A stretch of DNA of 64,000 nucleotides from Marsupella aquatica (lineage: Eukaryota; Plantae; Marchantiophyta), in assembly GCA_973895155.1 (NCBI GenBank), contig OZ316894.1:12750828-12814827 (forward strand). Direction: 5' to 3'. The notes under the pieces are model-generated. The model saw only the letters and a list, made by a program, of their open reading frames with translations, was not told the DNA's origin and did not search any database. Below are positions 1 to 12,748 of the stretch, in pieces (the first letter of the stretch is position 1; each line of letters opens with the position of its first letter). The position numbers were made by a program, and so were the translations under genes.

Positions 1-2750
1 TAGCGGTTCCGAAGACTCCATAGTTTAGCTCAGGCACGACGACGCTCCTCCTCGGAACTAGCTTCGACCCCAGATAAGTGTGCCCGACGAACTTTTGGGC
101 CAACGTTGGAAACTGCGGTCTCTCCATTTCCGATCAATGTCTGCCAATCACACAACCATCAGCAGCGGCGACGACACAATACCATAGCTAAACAGCACTA
201 AATCAGGACTATGCGAAGACAACATGGATTAAAACCTAGAAGAAACCTAGCGAGTACGACTAAAGCCATACAAAGTGTCAAGCAGTCAAAGCGAATCTTC
301 CCATGACTCGCATTCGTGTTATCCTCTCTTACCGCGGGAGAGATGACTAGCATTCTTGTGAGTTTCAGAACTCTTATATTTAGTTCCACAAAGGGTAACA
401 CGGCCCTCTGCAATTGCAATACTCGATGACCAACTACATCTACAGGACGGGCAAACCTTGACTCCCGCTCAATTGTGGTAGCGTTGACTTCGAAAAGCGG
501 TTGTCAACACGGAGGGACCCGGTAGTCTTTTTGTCAGTACAAGCACCACGACAAGATCAACGACTGATCCAACGTAACACAACAGATGTCACGACGAAAC
601 GATTCCGCTAGGAACGTTAGATAGAACATCGGACATACCCTACAGACGAAGCCATAGTCCACGATGTGCTCGGCACTAGCTAGACATCGATTCTTCGCTC
701 GTCGAAGTATCTGGCCAGTGTGCTCTCACAGGATGTAAACTTTCGATTAACACTATGAATCTACAGATATGAAGAAAGACAACCGACCGCTTGACACTGA
801 GCCGCATTCCGATAACTCCACTTCGAGTCAGTTTAGGAAGTTGGCGAGCGAGATCATGCGGAGAGACCACCCCTCCAAGCTTTCTAAAATATTCTGCTCC
901 TGCCGAAAGAGAAAGCTCTCGAATAAACCATCTAAGTCCAAGCAGGTGGACATCCTACTAGATCTAGCCTTGGGTAAACACAAAGTCTCAAGCTGAGACC
1001 ATAGAAACGTCGCTAGAAATTCAACTCCTCTGCTATCCCTGCTCTGAACATAACATGAGTGGCTCGCACTGTGAGAAGCCATGTATTGCTCATACACCCA
1101 GCTCAACTGGCTAGCCCAAACGTATTGACGAAGCTTAGTGTCGAAACTGCATCAACATGCCATCGAATGCATTCCACAATAACACACGAAGAAAAACAGT
1201 CCAAAAAGCACACAAGAAGCATGGATTTGGTCAAATGAAATGGAGCAGCCATAGACTGCTCCTCCACACTTCTGGATAACTATGCCACGTGGCCTTGCAG
1301 CCCAATATTGGCGCATGGAGCACTCAAAAACAGTCGATAGCAAGGGAGGCACACCGTGAGATCTAGGACCCCACTTCGAGACCAGGGCAAGGACTACGTA
1401 GATCGGAAGTCGACACTATCTAACACGGGTATACCTCACTACTCCAAGGGAGAGATCGACTGTTGCGGGGCGCCCTCACCTCAACATTACGTCGATCGCG
1501 ATGGATCCAGCAAACCAGGCTAGAACCTAGCCGCCCGGCTGCCGATCCAAGAGACTGCGAGACGCTTACAAAACCTAGCTACTACAGAAGACACTATAAA
1601 GTCAGCGCGAGCACCAGTTGCGCTCATCCCGTCGTTTCAACAGCCACACGTCGACCGTTCAAATGCAAAATGCAGAAGGCAAACTTTATAACACAGGGGC
1701 ACGTCCAGCGTAAGGAAGTGGATGGACAAAAGGGAAAACCTCTGTCAATGCGTACGTCCGCCCGTAACCAAGCCCTCGACGTAGGCGCAGGACAACACTC
1801 GAATCAATCCTTCATTGCGGAAAGCAGTTCAAATCTGACGACGAACATCAGGCGACCAAAGCCAGATCGATCCCCCAAGCACCCGTCCGTGTCAAGGAAA
1901 TGGAGGGCGGGATGTGCAGCTGGACAAAACAAAGCTAGACTCATTCCACATGAACGACCCCGAAACCACTATACAGACGGAGAAAACGACACATCCGACC
2001 GGCGAAGAAGCAGATCTACCGACCGCCGCGAGAACCTTCGTCAACAGAAGTGCATCTACGAGTTACCGGCCGGCAAATTCGAGAAGGAATACCAACCTAG
2101 CTAACAAAACACTCGACACGCCGAGCCTCCGACATGCATCGGCTGATCAACCACCCTCCTCAGACTTATGGCAACTTCACACTGAACAAACATGAAAATA
2201 AGTTCGACACCTCCGGGTGATGCATGTCACTAGATCAAGCACCCATCCTGCCAGACAAACACGCCCAGCGTCACGACTTAGGGGAAAGAGAGACTCACGA
2301 GGCCCGACGACAGTCGAGCGCCCCAGCGGGCCCGAGCAGGAATGTTCTTCCGCCCGCGCAGCACCGCACCACCGCACCACCACCAGCTCGCAGCGGCGAT
2401 ATGGAACAGAAGGAGAAGAGGCTTGCTCGATCCCTAGCTGTGAGCTTTAGTTTCTTGTTAGGGCCTCCTCGACATGCTGGCTTGCCTGGTTCCTTCGAAG
2501 GAGGAGGATCTTCAAGGGGAAGGCGAGGGGAGGCAGGGGGAGGAGAGGCCGACAGGGCCAGTCGTAGTGCGGAGGAGTGGAGGAGGGAAGTGGGTGGCGG
2601 CACTGCTCTGATGCTCTCACTCGTGGGCGTCGTCGAGGAACATCCGGCCCTTCAGCAGCATCAGGGTTTCGTACTGCTTTGCTGCCTGCGGCCTCGACTT
2701 CGCCGTATAATATTAGTATATGGATTTCTTTGTCGTATTTAATACGGTGT
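1..2750 (-). mobile_element. Degenerate DIRS-like (tyrosine-recombinase) retrotransposon: gag-like region, RT and RNase H remnants; runs off the left window edge
   Basis: Minus-strand motifs in DIRS order: VLDLT (~1360), TFGLAS (~1110), VEFLATFLWSQLETLCLPKAR...LESLEG (ORF 828-1106, cf. DIRS RT LEFLG..IDS...L.LP...LESL.G), RNase H-like ELNIRVLKL and VREDNT (ORF 198-419), and RRRA*AK near position 30 (cf. AWA.ST at the YR N-terminus). Many stops and frameshifts; right boundary approximate. Confidence 0.55.
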
Positions 2751-2762
2751 GATCAACGCTGC

Positions 2763-2900
2763 ATCATCACCTATTGTTGCTTTTGTTATATTCATATTCA
2801 TTGGTTCATGTTATTATATTATCATGTGAAAAATTCATCACCTATGTTGCTTTTGTTATATTCATTGGTTCATGTTATTATATTATCCTGCGCAAAATTC
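2763..2900. repeat. Imperfect tandem duplication, ~70-bp unit x2
   Basis: catcacctat(t)gttgcttttgttatattc...attggttcatgttattatattatc occurs twice in tandem. Confidence 0.85.
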
Positions 2901-3343
2901 TGACGAGTTTGATAGCCGTCTCTTAGCTTCTCCGTCCTCTTTGGGTCATTGAGTGAAGGAAATTAGTATCAATTCAAAACCTGCAATTGGTATTAACTAT
3001 GTCATCCTCAATCAAAGCTAAAATAAAGGCAATGATCCAGGTCCAGAATGCAGCCTAGACCTTGACACTAGCCAGGCAGGGGCATCAAAGAATGGGGTGG
3101 GAAATGAAATGAGATTCATTTTGTTCTCACCAAGAATTGACATCCAAAGGACTCTCATTAATCTGGTAGAGAGTAGGGTAGCCATGGAAGTATTTTACAA
3201 GATAGAATATCTAGAGTTGAGACAAGTGAGACGGGTGATTTGGTCTCATGTTACCTCTTTGGTCACAGACCGTGTGTAGAGAAGGGTTAGGGACGTTGAG
3301 TGGGGCAACAAGGTCCACTAAGGACCTGGTGTAAAGAAGCATG

Positions 3344-3408
3344 ATGGTAAAATTGGTTTGAGTGTGGAAACGAGGTTGGTAAAATTGGTTTGAGTGTGGA
3401 AACGAGGT
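3344..3408. repeat. 32-bp tandem duplication
   Basis: tggtaaaattggtttgagtgtggaaacgaggt x2. Confidence 0.9.
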
Positions 3409-3699
3409 TCAATGTGGACCTTGAAGTATCCATCTCTAGCATATATACAAGCCAAACAGGGAGGGGAGAAGAGATTCAACCCTCCCAAGATGCAACATCT
3501 TTCTCAACAAGGCCGTAAGTTTTCAGAGTGGCTTAAACCACAATTTGGTTATTTAAATACTCCGAGTGACCCGGAGTTGACAGTCCAGAATTGGGAATTT
3601 TGTTTTTGCAGATGGGCGTCCACCGAGTACCCTGTGATTGATGTCCATGTCAATCTCGCCCATTCATCAAATTGCACTATCTTGGGCTCAAAACGTAGA

Positions 3700-5033
3700 T
3701 CTATGTGAGATATAAGTTTCAGAAAAAAAGCAACCAAAAATGAGCTAAATTGAGGAAGGAAACACTGAAAAACAAACTGAGCATTTTGATTGGTTGTGGG
3801 AAAATTTTGAAAGTTCAAATTTACTGACTGATATCCTGATAAGATTCTGTCAATAGATGTTAATATGAAGGTTTGGTGTGTCTGGAGAAAGAAATGCAGG
3901 ACAATGGCAATAATTAGGTGAATTTGGAATTAGAGGAAGGTTGGCTTAGGCATGAGCATGTTGCTCCATCAAGTGAAGCTCTCTAGTTTTGATCATGTTT
4001 GAAGAAGAGGATGTTTAAGTGTTTTGGAAGAGTAATGCAAAACAAAGATCGGATTGTTGTGTACTTATTTTTGGGAGATTGAAAGCTTACTGGAAGAAAA
4101 CTACATGCTACATTATTTGGGGAGAGATGACATAGAGAAAGGGAGATGTGCGGAAGGAAACCAGGAACCAAAGGCAATGACTGATGTAGGAGTAACCGGA
4201 CAAGAAGTAGCGCTTCCGAGAATAGTTTCAATTAGACATCGGAGTTGAAAAAATTGTTGTTTCAAGTGAAGTTCATTGAACTATGCATGTATTTTGAGTA
4301 AAGGATTAATCAAAGAGTGATTTTCTAATGGACTCTCAATCTGAGTTGTGCATACAGTGCAACCAGATGTTCATCTAGTCCATGACTCTAGTTGATTTGC
4401 ATTTGCTGGTACAATCTAAAGCTCAGCAACATTCACTTGTTGCTCACCAACATCAACAAACCAATCTTGTTCCTCTGGCACAAGAACCAGTTCCATCCTT
4501 AGAGCACCTCCTTCTCTTTTATCATGCACCTCATGACCAATCTCCCTTCAACAAGATTCAGGATGAGAGATTCCCCTTTGTCAATATATATTGGAGACAT
4601 GAGCCCGGACGTGAGTATTCTCCCCCTCCTACAATAAGCTAGATTCATTGAAAAAAACATCCCTACTGACAACAAGCTTATAGGAAATAGAATCCCATAG
4701 CCTATAGGCCTTCACATCACTCTAGTACAAAAAAAACACATTTCTCTACTAAAGGCGTTAGTCAAGTTGAGTTTTTCTAGACACCATGATGTGTTGCAGG
4801 TTTTGCAGTTGCATCACAATGCAAGTAGGGTACTTAACACTTGTGTAGATACTGATCATATATGCTCTTGCGAGTGCTCTTGCTCATTCCTTGTATAGAC
4901 TACGACTTAGTTTTGGTTTACTCTCATTTATAGAGGGAAAATTTGGTTTGGTTTTTCTTTCCAAAACTTCTTGCTGAGTAATCATATTGGTTGCAATCTT
5001 TACCCTCCCCACAACTAGAGCCAAGGGGGAGGT
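3700..5033 (+). mobile_element. Highly decayed Ty1/copia internal remnant ending in a polypurine tract
   Basis: ORF 4054-4248 EKGRCAEGNQEPKAM resembles integrase QNGVAERKNRTLKEM. The PPT-like ccaagggggagg lies immediately before TGTT at 5034. Confidence 0.4.
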
Positions 5034-5390
5034 TGTTAGGATTAACTTTTAGGTCTAGAGTTACGATTGTACCGCAGTTAGGGTTAACCTTAGTCGTAGC
5101 CTAGGTTAGGTTAGTCATGTTACACACACACTATACCCAAGCGATGTTTGCTTGGATAGTCAATGGGAACTCGGGTTCATTCTTATAAAGCTAGTTGAGA
5201 GATGGGGAGAGCTTGTGTTGTAGATGCTTGGTATGGTCAATCGGCCTAGAGTGCAATAAAGCTCTTGTGTGTTCCCATGTACGTAGCCTCATGTGGAGGT
5301 GAACCGCATATCTCTTTGTGTTAACTACTTGATTGTTGGATGGTTATGGGCATGTAGTTGTGAATGTCATCAACGGTCAACAGATAACAC
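5034..5390 (+). mobile_element. LTR-like repeat (3' LTR of the copia remnant)
   Basis: Starts TGTT after a PPT and contains AATAAA. About 300 bp is homologous to 10483-10775 (shared ggcctagagtgcaataaagctct, gcttggatag, gttgagagat). Right end approximate. Confidence 0.65.
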
Positions 5391-7379
5391 CCACAAACCT
5401 CAAGACCCAAAGCCACCCCCAGACCTAGTTGTGCTCAAGAGGATATAGTCCTCCTCACAAGCTTTCCAACGCATCCAAGAAGTCATCCAATGAACTTCTC
5501 ATCCCTCTTCTCATTGAGAAGTTATCACAATTTTCGTTTGAAGTTTCTCCAATCCTTAGTGTTGCAAGCCCCGCTGCTCACGACTTGGGCTCACCCTTGT
5601 TTCCTAGGGAGACACCACTCTCCTCATATATGCTTTTGGAGACCTACCACCCTCGGACCAACTTTGGTCCCATACACTTGATCCTCGACCTAAACTTCAA
5701 CCCGATCACATGGACATGACTAAGTTGCTATATGTTCATTACTTTTTAGCTAGACATCTGTAAGTGAAGTGCCTTAGCCCATTGTGATTAGGCTGACCCA
5801 ATACTCATGCCTAGGCCCTCAGAACCCGTTGTCAGTCAAGAGTCTCGGACGATCACACCTTTCTCGCGTCGTATCTCACGCGCCAAACGTCCATTGTGCA
5901 TGGTTTAAATTCTTTAGCCTTGGGCCAAATTAAGGGAGCCCAAGCCCTCAAATCTCAAAGTCCGTTCGGGGTCCAGACAGACCACTTGAGCCTGGCCCTT
6001 CCCATAACCCAACCAACTCCCATCCTAATCTAAGTCCTTAGTGTTCATCACCAACTTAGCATATTGGCCTTGCTAGTGCAACCCGGGAATGCAATGCTTC
6101 ATTGCGCACTAGTCTCCTTGTACTTAGTCCCCAGTAACCGGATGACCATTCCGCAGGCCTGGACCATAGACGAGATCACTTAGCGTTGTCAAAGCTAAGT
6201 GTTAGACCCGTGACTCAAAATAAAGAATGAAACTTTGCACTGAATGCTAGGGCAAGACAATTGATGAGTAGACCTGAGTAGAAGACCTGCCTGAGCTGAC
6301 TCGAGTTTTGAGACCTAAGCTAGGAACATGGCTGATTGACAAGCATGATATATGTCAACCGATTCAAACCCCATAAAAATAAATTTCAAGTGTAAGAAGT
6401 TTAAAGTTGTCAATTTGAAAATGAAAATGAAAGTACAATGACATGAAAAAACTTTGTTACGAATGTTATTGTCAGTGCTAAAACAAAAGGAAAGGAACGA
6501 GCATATGAGTTTAAAGTTGCAAGAAGATTATTGTTAAGTAAGGTCTTAGAATGAAAACTAAGATACAATTTAACTTAGAAAAATTAAGAGTGTTCCTTAA
6601 GCATTATTAAGAATTGGAAAAGACAAGGAATATTTGAGTGTTGAGCTGAGTATTAAGATACTATTAAGCTTTTCGATTAAAAAGGGAATTGTATGCTAAG
6701 TAAATAATAGTAAGAAAGAATGAGAATATATCCTGGAATATATAGTTACTTAGGAGTTCTTGATTTGTAGTATGGATATCTTGAACCCATTCATACTTGG
6801 TTTTAGAGACCTAAACGAAGCGAATGAGCCAGAATTATTAGTTGCATTTGATGAGTGAAACCCTGAGATCTGAGAGTATCTTTGAAAAGGGCATAGTTAA
6901 GTGTGTTAGATGATGGGAAGAATGAAAAGCTATCTGAACCTTCTTTATGAGATTTGAGTATAGTTTATTTAATTGATGTAAGATGTTAAGGGAGTGATTT
7001 AGTAGGTCCCTAAAGCATTATTGGATTACCTTTTCCACGCCGGTTTAAACGGTTTCCCGGACACCGAGAGACGATAAAAGAAACAAACCAAATGAGTATT
7101 AGGGTTTCAACGAACCTACCAATGAAGATACTTCAACTCATGTCAAAGAGGACGTAGAAGGTATTGGAACAACCATGGAGGAACTCAAGCTCAAAACACT
7201 AGAGAAAGAGAAAGAGATGGACTATGACAACTTAGAAGCAAAACCAATAAAAAGGTGACAAGCAAAACTTTGTGCACTTCAATAGCGAGTAATAGTTAAT
7301 AGTTAGCAATTAATCAACAATTAGCAAGTAACAATGATAATTTGACAGCTTCACTTTTCACAAAATTCCTCTCACAACT

Positions 7380-7590
7380 TAATTTTTTTTGTAGAAGAAC
7401 ATTAGGGTTTCTTAAATCCAATTTTGAGTCTTTTAAGAACATTAGTATCATTTTAATCATTTTTTTGGAATATTCCAATTTTACAAGGGAAAAAATATAC
7501 AAACATTTTCTTACATTTTAGGGGGTTTAAGGCTTAAAGACATTGCAAATCATGTGGGGGGGGGGGGCTCTATATAGTGAGTTCCCAAGA
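7380..7590 (-). repeat. Dispersed repeat (TE-end-like), homologous to 32215-32400 in opposite orientation
   Basis: Reverse complement shares ctcactatat, ccccctaaaatgt, ggaatatt and ccctaatgttctt with 32215-32400. A more diverged copy lies at ~9340-9520. Confidence 0.6.
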
Positions 7591-8043
7591 ATGCTAGTTG
7601 AATTACGTTGACAAGGTTAGCCAAATAAATAGGACTTTTGTGGTACTAGTTATAACCGCCGGTAGTTTAGTTGAAGTTAGGGATGTCTGACTTTGGATGA
7701 GCAATATATGTCATTCTAGAAGGAAGGAAGAGGGGTCTTATCATTTTGTCTTACCAGGATTAGAGTGCTAGAGAGGCAATCCGAAAGAGGTGGGGCCCTG
7801 TTCATTGCCAGACCTTGAGTTGGAGTTTGAAGCTCATGGATCAAAGAAACCCAAGCGACAAAATTGATTTGACAAGGAGATAAGTAATCTAATCAGCTAT
7901 CAATCATCTTCACTAGTCATCTTGATATCAATTGCCACCTTATCTTAGAGAGGCCACCAATTTGTGGTGCGAGTAAAAAATACCCCCCCCCCCCAATTTG
8001 AAGTTTTTTTAAATTTAAGGGAGGATTAAAAAATTTTAAAATT

Positions 8044-8410
8044 CACTATGGGGTTTTTGTACTGTACGGGCACCCCATCTTGGCAAGGTTACTTGAGATG
8101 AGCAAGTGTCCGTACGGTACAGATGCAAAAAAAATCTGAGTTTTTTTCCAAAAAAATTTATTTCAAAATTTTTACGGTTTTTTTGCCCATTTTTTGGGTT
8201 TGTATGCTTATCTCGACGAGGTCAGTCAAGATTGAGTCTCAACTGTGGCCAAAATTTGAATTTGGTTGCGTAGTTGAGATGGGGCAAAAAAATTCTGAAC
8301 CTCAGTTGCATAGCTGAGATGGGGCAAAAAAGATTGAATCTCAGTTGAGTAGCTGAGATGTGTGGAGGTGCAAAGGCCCCATCTCAGCTACTCAACTGAG
8401 ATTCATGATA
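8044..8410. repeat. Cluster of direct and inverted copies of a ctcagttg..agctgagatgggg motif (CACTA-type subterminal repeat-like)
   Basis: Perfect 26-bp inverted repeat 8335-8360/8380-8405; near-perfect IR gtactgtacgggcac / gtgtccgtacggtac at 8059-8120; CACTA at 8044. Confidence 0.6.
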
Positions 8411-10482
8411 ATCAAGAAGAGATCGCTAGAAATGTTGACATTTGAGAATGGGAAGTTAATAATAATTTGGATGGAGACTTGTACAGGAAGAATTAGAGTC
8501 ACATTTAACGCAGAAATTGTAATGCGGCCAATTAAGAATTCTCTATAACATTGGTGGATGGAAATTCCCCAAGTGATGTATGCGGCAGTAGGCCCAAAGT
8601 AGTGGAGTTGAAGAATCCACCCTTGATTGGCTGATTAAATTTGAAGTCATTCCATTCAGAGGCACCAAAGGAATGTAGGAAATTGATTAAGAGATGGAAA
8701 ACTAAAGTTGAAATAATTAAGGAAAATTTGAAAACGGAGGATTTCCTCACACTAAGATTGGAGAATCTTTTTAAAGAATCAGATTACTTGAAAGTTAGAC
8801 AATACATTCAATCCAGGTGACAGGTTGGATTGGAAACCTATGAGAGTTGGACCACTGTCTCTAGTAATTAATTGGACGGAAATTTAGTTCGGAGTTGATC
8901 AAAAGGCTCTCACTCGACAGACAAAATTCAACGGCCAAAAAGAATAGGGTTGGCTTCTCTAGAAATTACAAAAGTTGTTACTACTTGATTGTCAAAAGGT
9001 CGGATCGCAAACAAAAGGTGAAAAAAAGCAAATGAAGAGGTAGATTACTTAATCCATAAACAAAAGAGATTTGATGAAGTTAGAAGAGGTTTTGGAGGGT
9101 TGATTGATTGTTAGAATTGGCAAAAGATCATCTCCAACAATTAATAGGTCTCTCCACCGACGACAAGATGTGCACCACTTGCCTCACCATCAAGGCCAAT
9201 GTTGCGTTGAAACTTGTGGTTGGGGATGCTCTAGCTATTGAAGATCGGGCCTGATAAAGGCCATACCTAGGTAGAGGCTAGCATGGGACACTCGGGATCC
9301 GCATTTCTTTTCTTTTGACCCTTTGGCCCAAAGAAGTTAGGGGTTTTTTAATTCAATTTGGAGAATTATAAGAACTATATGGGTTTTAATATTCTATAAA
9401 GTTAGAGATTGAAAATAGTAAAAATTAACTTTATTTTCTTAAGTTTAAGGGTGTTTTTTATTTGAAAACTCAGTGCGTTGGCGTGTGGACTTAAAGTAGG
9501 GGTCTCCTCGTGTAAGCTACGTGCTCCTGGTTGCGATCGAGACCAATAACAAGTAATTTTTGAAGCGCACAATCTCACTTCTTTATTTTAGTTTTTTCTT
9601 TCAGATTACAATGGCTGCCCCTGAGTTGGCAACTTGTGATAGTCTGGTTGCTAGTTCCTGCCGCGAGCCACTACCTCTCTATCATCAAGCTCTAACCTCT
9701 CAAGTGGCTATTGAAACTACAAACAACCGCACCTTCTTAAGCTCTCATTCTCAAACTACAATCATTCTCAAAGCTTACCTGCCATCTCACCTAGCAAGTT
9801 ACCTCCAAGCCTCTATCTCTCACAGTATATGAGTAACAACAGAATTCCACTTCCTACCAACAAATGAATAGATATTCAACTTTGAGCAAACCCCACAAAC
9901 TCTTAGAACTACCCACTCCATAATGAACAACCCCAACTGACTTGTTGCCCAGCTCTTGCATACTTTTCAATTAGCAATATTCTTGCCCGACAAGTCACTG
10001 CCAAGCACTCCTCAACCAACCATCTAGCCTCATAGTCGACTGATGATGAGTCACCAGCCAATCGGATCTCCATTGTATCCAACATTGCAACCTGTCCAGC
10101 TTTGCATAGGTGTAACTGACTGGCAACGAGTCACCAATCAGCTGCACTATAAAGGTAAATCCCAGGCCAAAATATTTTGGCACGACAACATGATATGGGA
10201 CTGGATCATGTCTCCTCGTTTGATATTTTTGTCCTTTGGCAGTGTGAATATATACCAAGACTCTGAAATACTAAACAGGGAGCCCATGAGTGCCTAGGAG
10301 TGCAAGGCAAATAGACATTGCATAGTAACCAAGACAAACATTCAGTGCAATTGGCAATATCCACGTACATTTTTGTACCGGGGGCGAGGCCTTAGAGAGA
10401 ATTATTATAAGTGTTGCCCAAAGTGCAGCTCACTAGCCTAACTATTTGGGCAGCCTATGTCTCATTGATGAGCCCTCCTCCA

Positions 10483-10775
10483 TGTTAAACATTTATTCTT
10501 AGTCTAGGGTTATGACTGTAACTGTAGTTAGGGCTAACCATAGTCACAGAGACTAAGTTAGGTTAACTAGGTTGAACACTATATCTCAAACGGTGTATGC
10601 TTGGATAGAAGGAATTGAGGCTCATTGTTACAGAGCCAGTTGAGAGATAGGGAGATATTGTATTGCGGAGACTCGATATGGCCGACAGGCCTAGAGTGCA
10701 ATAAAGCTCTCATGTGTTCCTATGGACGTAACCTCAACTGAAGTGAACCTTGTATCTCTCTATGTTGACTACTTC
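10483..10775 (+). mobile_element. Second, diverged and truncated copy of the LTR-like repeat (solo-LTR-like)
   Basis: Begins TGTT; collinear similarity to 5034-5330. Confidence 0.6.
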
Positions 10776-11084
10776 AGAGGCAAAATACCCACTACTGGAG
10801 AGAAAGGGGAAAGATCCTCATTCCCGAGAATTCCAACCATAACAATAGAACCGAAAGCCCACCAACAAAAAAGTAGACAATATCCTTACTCAGCGGAAAT
10901 TGGAAAGCCTAGTAGAGATTTAGAGTAAATTGCAGAGGAGTGTCATGCAGAGGTCTAAAGGCCTTAAAACCTACAACCTCGGCCCTACAAAGAAGACTGA
11001 AAACATGAATACTCTAAAGTGCAATGGACACTGATTGCCACAAATGGTTGATTGTAGCATGTAAGCAAATAGCTTACTCTTATG

Positions 11085-11285
11085 AGTAAGAAAACCACAC
11101 TTATGTAGCAAAGGTAGTCCCTAGCCAGCCAAAACGTGTTAATAAAATACATTTTGGGGGCTACTGTAGTCTTTTGGCTAGCAAACTCGTTAGCCATCGG
11201 GAGTCTTAGAAATGCACATTAAATATTAAAGTCAGCAAATATCAAAAGGAATTGAAAATCACTATTGACTCGCTAACAACACTCC
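11085..11285 (+). repeat. Dispersed repeat shared with 41825-42030 (possible CACTA-derived end)
   Basis: Shared tagtccctagc.agccaaaac, ctagcaaact, tcttagaaatg, atcaaaag.aatt and gctaacaac. Confidence 0.65.
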
Positions 11286-12748
11286 TCCCTATCGAAAAGA
11301 AATCGGGTTTGCTCGCTCATACATTGCTTCGTCTTGGTCACATTATTAGTTAGTTTTATGTACATGTCAGGTGGGAGTAGGATTGCGTGAGATCGTTGAG
11401 GGATTTGCACAGTGCATCATGGGTTGGTGCTCGGAGTGTGATTACCCCGCCAGGTAATGGATTGCGGAGACGTGGTCTACTACTGGACCACGCTCCCCAA
11501 GCAAAGGTTGATTTTGAGAGCACCGGGCGTGCTGCTGTCACTGTTGGTGGCAACCTAGAATAAGGCGCGTCCTGCCTAAGCTGGACTCCGCAGCTGCAGC
11601 AAAAGCAAGCAGATCGTGAACACGAGCAGCAGCAGACGTATTTCACCCATCGCTCTATGTTAAGCTACTGTCGCTGACCTCCTCTGATGATAGAGATCTG
11701 TAAGAAAAGGCACCCTGCCTGGCGTTGGTGTCGCCACCACAGGATGTAACCAATATAAATTTGATTCTTCAACGCCCTCTGAGACCGCGGTTGGACCTCC
11801 TTTCAATCTGGTCGCTCCAATAATGATCCAGGTCCCCATCAAATGATCTCTCAAATCAGCTTCAATTTTCGAATTCTTGTAACAATTTCATCCCGAGCTT
11901 CTTGTCATCGACATGCTTGTTACTGTCGAATCGATCTTGAAATGTTCGAATGTTTAGGTATCGACACTGGACTCTTCAAAATGGTATAAGAAGAATTTCA
12001 TTGATCCTTCTCAATCCTCTCGATTCTGATCTCGAGTGTCCATCATATCCTTACTGATTGAATCAATTTCATTTTTCCAATTCCGAACCTGTCCCTCAAT
12101 TTTTCGGAAGGTAATGCGAATCCGTTGGCTATTGTGATCAACCACTCTTATCCTTTCGGATCGTCAATCTTCCAAACCCTTCTTGTCAACGTGACCAATC
12201 TTTTCGAAGAAACCCACAATCAGTTAGTTAATAGTTGACGAGTGAACCGAAGCTGAAATCTAACGCTTGTACATGTCTAAGTCAAGATCAATATGCCGGT
12301 TGGAGCAAAAAAATCTGAGCGAATTAAAGCAGTTGACTACATGATAGCAAAAGAAGCATTCTCCCTTTGATGAATACTCTTGGGCAAATAATTCACCTTG
12401 AACCTTTCAAATACCTAGATTTTGCTGTCTCACGTCTATTGGATTGTATTGCCTAGAACGTAACCAAAATATCCGGCAATTACGGATAGTGAATTCACAA
12501 TGCTCAGAGAGCAATAATTTAGGCACTGACCATCAAGAGAGGTGAATTGTGCAGGATGCGACGTCAGCATATCATACTCACATTGAGTCGCGAAAGAACT
12601 TCGCTTCATGGCAGTTTATTGAGAATAATTTGTTTCCTTGCATTGCTAAGTTGATTGATCTCTAGCGACGGCATTTGTGAAATTCCTTTCGTCCGTGTCT
12701 AGTGGAGCGGCCCTCTTCCCTTGAGACTCGCACGGATCCTTGTCCAGT

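Noticed and set aside
1463-2742. Long + strand ORFs (213 and 172 aa) as genes
   Set aside because: No recognisable domains; they are antisense to the GC-rich DIRS-like relic.
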